A stretch of DNA of 64,000 nt from Eledone cirrhosa. Its lineage: Eukaryota. Of this stretch, positions 57,586 through 64,000 are shown in pieces. The stretch spans positions 230,144,001 through 230,208,000 of the forward strand of contig OZ024741.1 of NCBI GenBank assembly GCA_964016885.1. The letters are read 5' to 3'. Position 1 is the first letter of the stretch. Each line of letters opens with the position of its first letter. The translations under genes were made by a program, and so were the position numbers. The notes under the pieces were generated by a model. The model saw only the letters and a program-made list of their open reading frames with translations. It was not told where the DNA came from and made no database searches.

Positions 57586-60500
57586 ATTATTAAAATAACG
57601 GATTAAAGTTTAAGCAAATAATCGCTGCTTTCACCCTTAACGGGATCTTCTGAAACTAAAAAGATCAATCTGTGAACGCAGAAGTAAATATTTCGGAAAA
57701 CGTTGCAACCGAAAGAAAACAGGAAGACGATACTTTGGTTCGTGAAGACGTTCCCTGGCAATGAACGGAATAAAAGCGAAGATAAAACGTCGTTATGTGG
57801 GTGATGAGAAAAAATATACGTAAAGACAAAACCACGTTTAACGTATAAATGAATCGTAGACTAATATTCTATATAGAAAACCGAATGATTCTCGGCTTCA
57901 GAGTTAAGGATAATGTAAATAAATTAGTAGAACGATAATAACAGAGGTTATTAAAATTAAATAATTAAATATATACATATACGCATCTATATACGTACAT
58001 ACACAGGCATATGCAAAACACACGCCATGCATACATATACATGCACATACACATACACACACGCACACATACATAAATCCGCGCGACACCTGTACCCGCA
58101 CACATACGAACGTATACGTCAAATACACATAAACAAAATTCATATATATGTGTGTGTGTATATATATATAAAATTATATAAATATACACAAAATTATATA
58201 AATATACATATAATTATATAAATATGCACACATAAATACGCATATGTTCACCAAATGTACATCAACCAAAGCACAATGTACACATATATACACACCTTAC
58301 GGACGTGCAAACACACATACACACATACACACGCAAACACGAAATACACATATACACATATAGCAGTATATATGATATAATATATACACCTATAACAAAT
58401 ACAAGCATATATAGGTAAGAGAAAGTATACGTACCTTCACAAAACATACGGGTAAGGTGTACTTAACTATACAAATAAGTAATGGTATAAACATAGATTA
58501 TACTTAGCTACCACATCAAGACCTAAATTATCCGCGTAGGGTATAAAGTGGGGTTGTAATACAGGAAAGTTTTATGCAATTTGTGTTTACAAGCCGAAAT
58601 TGCCTTAGATTTTTTGTTTAAGATGTGGTCATTGGCTTCGAGTATTTCCAGGGCTTCAGCGGCGCAAATATCACGAGTTCTTTTATTTCCGTTATACGAT
58701 CTAGTCTTAGATAGGATGTCCCAGTGTAACATATATTGGGTGTGGTTGTCTTTTAGACTCCAGATATAAGCTGAAAGATACGTCATATTCCTTCTTAAAG
58801 GGTTAAGAAAAGAATGGGAGTGCATTTAAAGACGCTGCTTGAATCTATTGACGGTTAACCCTATGTAGGCCCTACGGGACGTGGGTGTTTCGACCTTATA
58901 TTTGTAGACAATGTTACTGGAGAGGCATTTCCCGGATAGAGGGCAGTCCTACAATTACAGTTAGTGCTAGCTACAGGGTTGCACGTATTCCTACGGCTAG
59001 GTAATTTAACTAAATTTGAAGGAGTGATGTTATGAGCAAGGTTAGGAGTCGTAGAGTAAGATATTTTAATGGTATTTCTATTAAAAATGTTATTATATTT
59101 ATGTGCTGAGGGGAAATGCTTCTTTATAAGGGAGAGAAAGATATTAGCTAATGGTGTGGACACCTCCATATTATATGGTGGGTTATACCATATAATGCGT
59201 CAGAATCTATTTTTCCTTGGTCTATGCTCATACTTAGTATATGCTACCTTAGCAACAAATCCGCTCCGAGCAAGAGCTTAATTGTAATACGTGGAATGGT
59301 CGGTGAAAATATGCTTGTTTGTAGATGGACGGGAAACCCGCAAAGAAACATTTCTTACCAGGTTCTTGGTTATGCTGGCAGGATGGTTAGTATGCTTAGA
59401 TGGTTAGCATGGTTAGTATGATGGTTAGTATGCTTATGTAAATAAGCGTATCATTCGGCTTTCTATACGGGTAATGCAAGCCATTTGACAAATTGACGGT
59501 AACGTCGAGGTAATTAACGACCGAGAGGTTGGCCTCAACCTGTATGGAGAGGTTGAAGCCTTTAAAGAAGGCTGTGAGTTCTTTTCTGAACCTGTCGCAA
59601 GTGCGTGGACCGCACTTTGTCATGGTCAAAAGACCGTCATCGCGGTACAAACCACCGCCCACATTGGGGACTTGATAGTTCTAAGAAGTGGTAAAGTGAT
59701 GGAGGAGTAGAATTTATTGATGTCGAATTGGATAAAACGGCAATGTCCGTTGTTGCATATGCCATTGAACCAATCAATCACCACGAAAGAATTATTCCAC
59801 AGTGCAAGAGGGGCCAAGCTTCTAATTTCAGGTATAATTCTATCTAAAATCCTTTTACTAAGTCTACCTAAATCAGACTTCGTAGGGTTAATTAGCCGAA
59901 TAGACGGGTTGTTGGCGAAATTGGGTTTGTGATGCTTCAGGGTAAAGTGGCGGGAAATAGGGTCCAGCGTTTCAGTCCGGTCCTGGATGTTGAGTTCAGA
60001 AGTCATTTTAAACCCATCATCGTTGATGTCATTAATGACACTCCGATTGGTTTTTCGGTAATCCTTAGTTACAGCATTATGTAGCAGTTGAAGGTACAGG
60101 TGACGCGCGGATTTATATATGTGTGCGCGTGTGTATGTGTACGTGTATTGTATATGCATGCATGGCGTGTGTTTTGCGTATGCCTGTGTATGTACGTATA
60201 TAGATCGTGTATGGATATATTTCATTATTTGATTTTAATAACCTCTGTCATTATCGTTCTACTAATTTATTTACATTTTCCTTAACTCTGAAGCCGAGAA
60301 TCATTCGGTTTTCTATACAGAATATTAGTCTACGACTTCATTTTTACCATAAACGTGGTTTTGTCTTTGCGTGTTCTCAACGCTCCACATAACGACGTTT
60401 TATCTCCGCTTTTTTCCGTTCATTGCCAGGGAACGTCTTCACGAACTAAAGTATTGTCTCCCTGTTTTCCTTCAGTTGCAACGTTTTTCGAAATATTTAC

Positions 60501-60690
60501 TTCTGCGTTCACAGATTGATCTTTTTAATTTCAGAAGATCTCGTTAAGGGTGAAAGCAGCGATTATTTGCTTAAACTTTAATCTGTTATTTTAATAAATA
60601 TTTGCTCTAGGGTTCTTATATATTTGATATATATTCATCCTTATCGAGCTCTCTTTGGATTTTAGTCTTCAAATTTATTATTATTACTGT
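57586..60690 (-). mobile_element. Degraded PLE (RT plus GIY-YIG, ~60088 to 58523) with inverted pseudo-LTR; parent of family B
   Basis: RLINPTKSDLG, FIQFDI, GGLYRDDGL, VNYLDVT, WDIL...CDIC-like; arms 57586-58096 / 60093-60597. Confidence 0.88.
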
Positions 60691-61359
60691 ATATATATAT
60701 ATACATGTAAGTATATATTCCTGGAGCACACACGAAGAGTTAAAAATCGCGAATACTGGACGTGGTCCATTAAAATGCCTATAAACGTCAAAACAACGAA
60801 AAATATAGGCCGCCACATACAGTACTTGTTATTACCGGTTTAGTATTTATATTACTCTATATTTACTATTATCTTACATAATTATCCGATATAATATAGA
60901 ATTTATGAGATGTTGATGTTATTTATTTTGAGAACAATACTTTAACATCAGTTTGAACAGAAAGTGGTGAGAGAATTCCGGCCGGATATGGCCGGTTTAA
61001 ATGCTAAAGGGGTAATAAGTTAGCTTTAAAAAGCGTGAAAAAATATATATTGCCACGAAAAAAAAAGCCATAAAAATATTGGGGAAGATATTTACGACTC
61101 GGCGAATATGCGATGGTTTCCACGAACAATTTTTAGTTTGGTCCTAAACAAAATTCCGTGAATAGCCGGGACCAAGTATGCCAAGTATACTCTCTCTCTC
61201 TATATATATATACACACCATAAATACATGCATATATACATACATACACACTCATATATTCATACTTATATACATATATACATACACACATACAGTCATAT
61301 ATCTATCCATACACCCATTTTTCCATTCATACACAAATATCCAAAGGAATTAATGTGAT

Positions 61360-62082
61360 GCGAGTGATGGAAATCAAGTGAAACTTACAAATAAAAATCG
61401 CCCCTAAATTAAAGCAGAACCGGTCTGATATTGTTGTTTGGTATTCCACATTAAATGAAAAACATGCTCTGTTGTATATTTAGTTGATGTCCAGGTTGTA
61501 AGAAACATATAAGCGAAGAACGATATCTACCGACCAATGATGAGTATGCAAGTTAAACGTTCAGCTTCATAGCTATCATTATTGGATTGGCAGTATCGGT
61601 AGAGGCTCGGACGCCATGCTTTGACACATAGAGTTACGGCCCTTGTCGTTCTGAGTTCAAATCCCGCCGAGGTTAACTTTGCCTTTCATCCTTACTTTGT
61701 CGATAAAATAAAGTACCAGTAATACACTGGGTAATTGCTGGCCTTGTACCAAAAGTAGAAACAATTATTGGATTGGCAGTATCGGTAGAGGGTCGGACGC
61801 CATGCTTTGAAGCATAGATTTACGGCCCTTTTTTATCTGAGTTCAAATCCCGCCGAGGTTAACTTTGCCTTTCGTCCTTACGAGGTCGATAAAATAAAGT
61901 ACCAGTAATACACTGTGGTAATTGCTGGCATTGTGCCAAAAGTAGAAACAATTTTTTGGGGGTACATTATATGTACCAAACCGCTTGGACCAAAGTATGG
62001 CTGAATCTAGGTATATGGAATTTAGGTATATGAAAGTTGATCCTTAAATCCTAAGCTACAAAGAACTGCGATATCTGGTACC
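61360..62082 (+). mobile_element. R4/Dong-like REL endonuclease remnant split by SINEs
   Basis: KQNRSDIVVW, FIAIIIG, KLQRTAISGT. Confidence 0.6.
61582..61952 (+). mobile_element. Head-to-tail dimer of the tRNA-derived SINE
   Basis: Two ~186-bp units, each starting tggattggcagtatcggtagag. Confidence 0.9.
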
Positions 62083-63118
62083 TTTAACAAATCTGTAAAA
62101 GATTCTTACGATTCAAAGAATAAACGTTCATAAAAGAGATGAGGAAAATTTCCGTTTCTTTATAATCTTGCAACCGGGAAGTTAGCCGGACAGATATAAA
62201 ATCAAAATTAAAAGAAATTGAGAACATGCATGCATACACAGATACATACATACATGATACATACATACATACATACATACATACATACATACATACATAC
62301 ATACATACATACATACATAATACATGGTGGCTGACAACTCCTTTTCGAGTACGGCCACTACTTTATATCCATGTAGGAGAACCCATACCGATGGGCTGAA
62401 CGAGTGTGACTTTTTAGTCCAGCCAGCGACTTGAAAACTCTGGTACAAACACTACACTTGTGACAATTATTGACACATAGTACTGGGCCCATGTTACCAT
62501 GTGAGGACAAGTGCAGAGAGATCTCCAGATATAAAGCAATGCCTGTGCCATGAAGCTTTTATAGTGAGCAAAGGCACTGCACAAAGCCAGTCCCACTCTC
62601 TTAACTAAGATGATCTTTACCAAAAATAAGAACAAGTCAACATCATTGGATACCATCAGGGTTGCAGGTGTTATATCAGAGTTTTCCTTCTCCTAGAATT
62701 CTGCCTTGACAAAGGCTAAGGGGTCATCTCTCCCGGTGATTTTGGATGGCCATTGACTCTTAAGAGCTCCTTTGCCCTTTGACAGGTTTTGTTTTTAGTC
62801 CTGCAGGATGTCCAAAGTCACCCTGCTCACCAAGAAACCTTGGTGGGGTTGCCAGTTTAGTCGCCAACGACCCGACCATGAGACAGGTTGTACTGGGATA
62901 CATGTTACCAGTAGCACTAACTGATGACCTGACATAATACATACACACATAATACATACACACATAATACATACACACATAATACATACACACATACATA
63001 CATACATGATACATAAATACATACATACATAATACATACATACATAATGATGATGGCTGCCCCCTCGTTACCGAGTATGGCCATTGCACGTGGAGAAAAA
63101 AAAAATTAATAAATAAAT

Positions 63119-63177
<59 letters not shown>

Positions 63178-63234
63178 GCACATACATATATATATATACA
63201 CACACATATATATATACATACACACATATACATT

Positions 63235-64000
63235 AATAACAATAATAATAATAATGATTTCATTTATTGGCCACAAGGGCCGACATATAGGGGACAATAC
63301 AAAAGAATGGGAAAGTGGGGTTTTACAGAAAAATCGAGTAAACAATATGAATAACAATAACAAAGTAACAATAACAAAGTAACAATAAAGTAACAAGAAA
63401 ATTACAACAAGAAAAAATTCCCCAATAAGGGGGATGACCACCTAGGGTTCGCTCAGGTACCCCACCAGTCCTGAACGACCCGACGCTTCGAGAGCACCCT
63501 GGAAGGGCACCTCTCTCCTCTTCAAATTTACCTACCTACAGCCGCATGACCAGAGTAGGCCCACTCACACGGGCCATTCTCGCCACATTCACCCACCTTT
63601 CAGCAAATGTACTGGCGGGCAGCGCTTCTCTCTCCGCCCCCACCTTCCTTTCCAAGTGAAACTTGAAAAAGTTGATGAGGGATTGGCCGAAGAGAAAAGT
63701 GTCTGTCTTCAGTCCTTTCAACCTCGTCCACCATACAACCTCTTTTGCTACTGCCACCAGACAGAGGAAAATTGCCTGCCCTTCCTGGCCAAAAGAAGGC
63801 GACGGGTCGATCTTCACTATGGACTCGGCCGATAGCCGGATCCGTTCTACACACGACAACAGCTGTTCAACATAACTCCACAAGTCAGTAATGCACGGAC
63901 ACTGGACGAGTGCGTGCAGAACGGTTTCGTCGCTCTGCGCGCATCTAGGGCAGGTCCGTCTGACAGCACTTCCGTGCCAGTAGAGTTTATCTCGAACCGG
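63235..64000 (-). mobile_element. 3' end of Tx1/L1-clade LINE
   Basis: CPRCAQSDETVLHALVQC (CCHC) knuckle; ORF ends at 63536; AATAAA then (ATT)n tail. Confidence 0.85.

Overview
Eukaryotic, AT-rich, microsatellite-saturated DNA made almost entirely of transposable elements. SINE and LINE types suggest an octopod cephalopod (inference). No convincing host gene was found, and most ORF-track entries are (TA)n/(CA)n artefacts. The window holds at least 8 Penelope-like retroelement (PLE; RT and/or GIY-YIG) remnants and many short non-coding fold-back elements sitting in (TA)n tracts. It also holds two RTE LINEs, fragments of R4/Dong, CRE-like, CR1-like and Tx1/L1 LINEs, a deleted LTR element, Helitrons, tRNA-SINEs, a 26-bp satellite, and a complete hAT/Buster transposon with TIRs, an 8-bp TSD and a transposase broken only in an A9 run. 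The main hidden signal, read by eye, is a dense set of type I hammerhead ribozyme motifs: about 14 with a canonical CUGANGA...GAAA core plus degenerate copies. Three patterns stand out: (i) a ~430-nt non-coding tandem or circularly permuted retrozyme-like family, (ii) a family-wide non-canonical CAGAAGA core, and (iii) palindromic elements whose fold-back axis is hammerhead stem II. Boundaries were read manually and may be off by a few bases. Family assignments come from motif recognition, not database searches.
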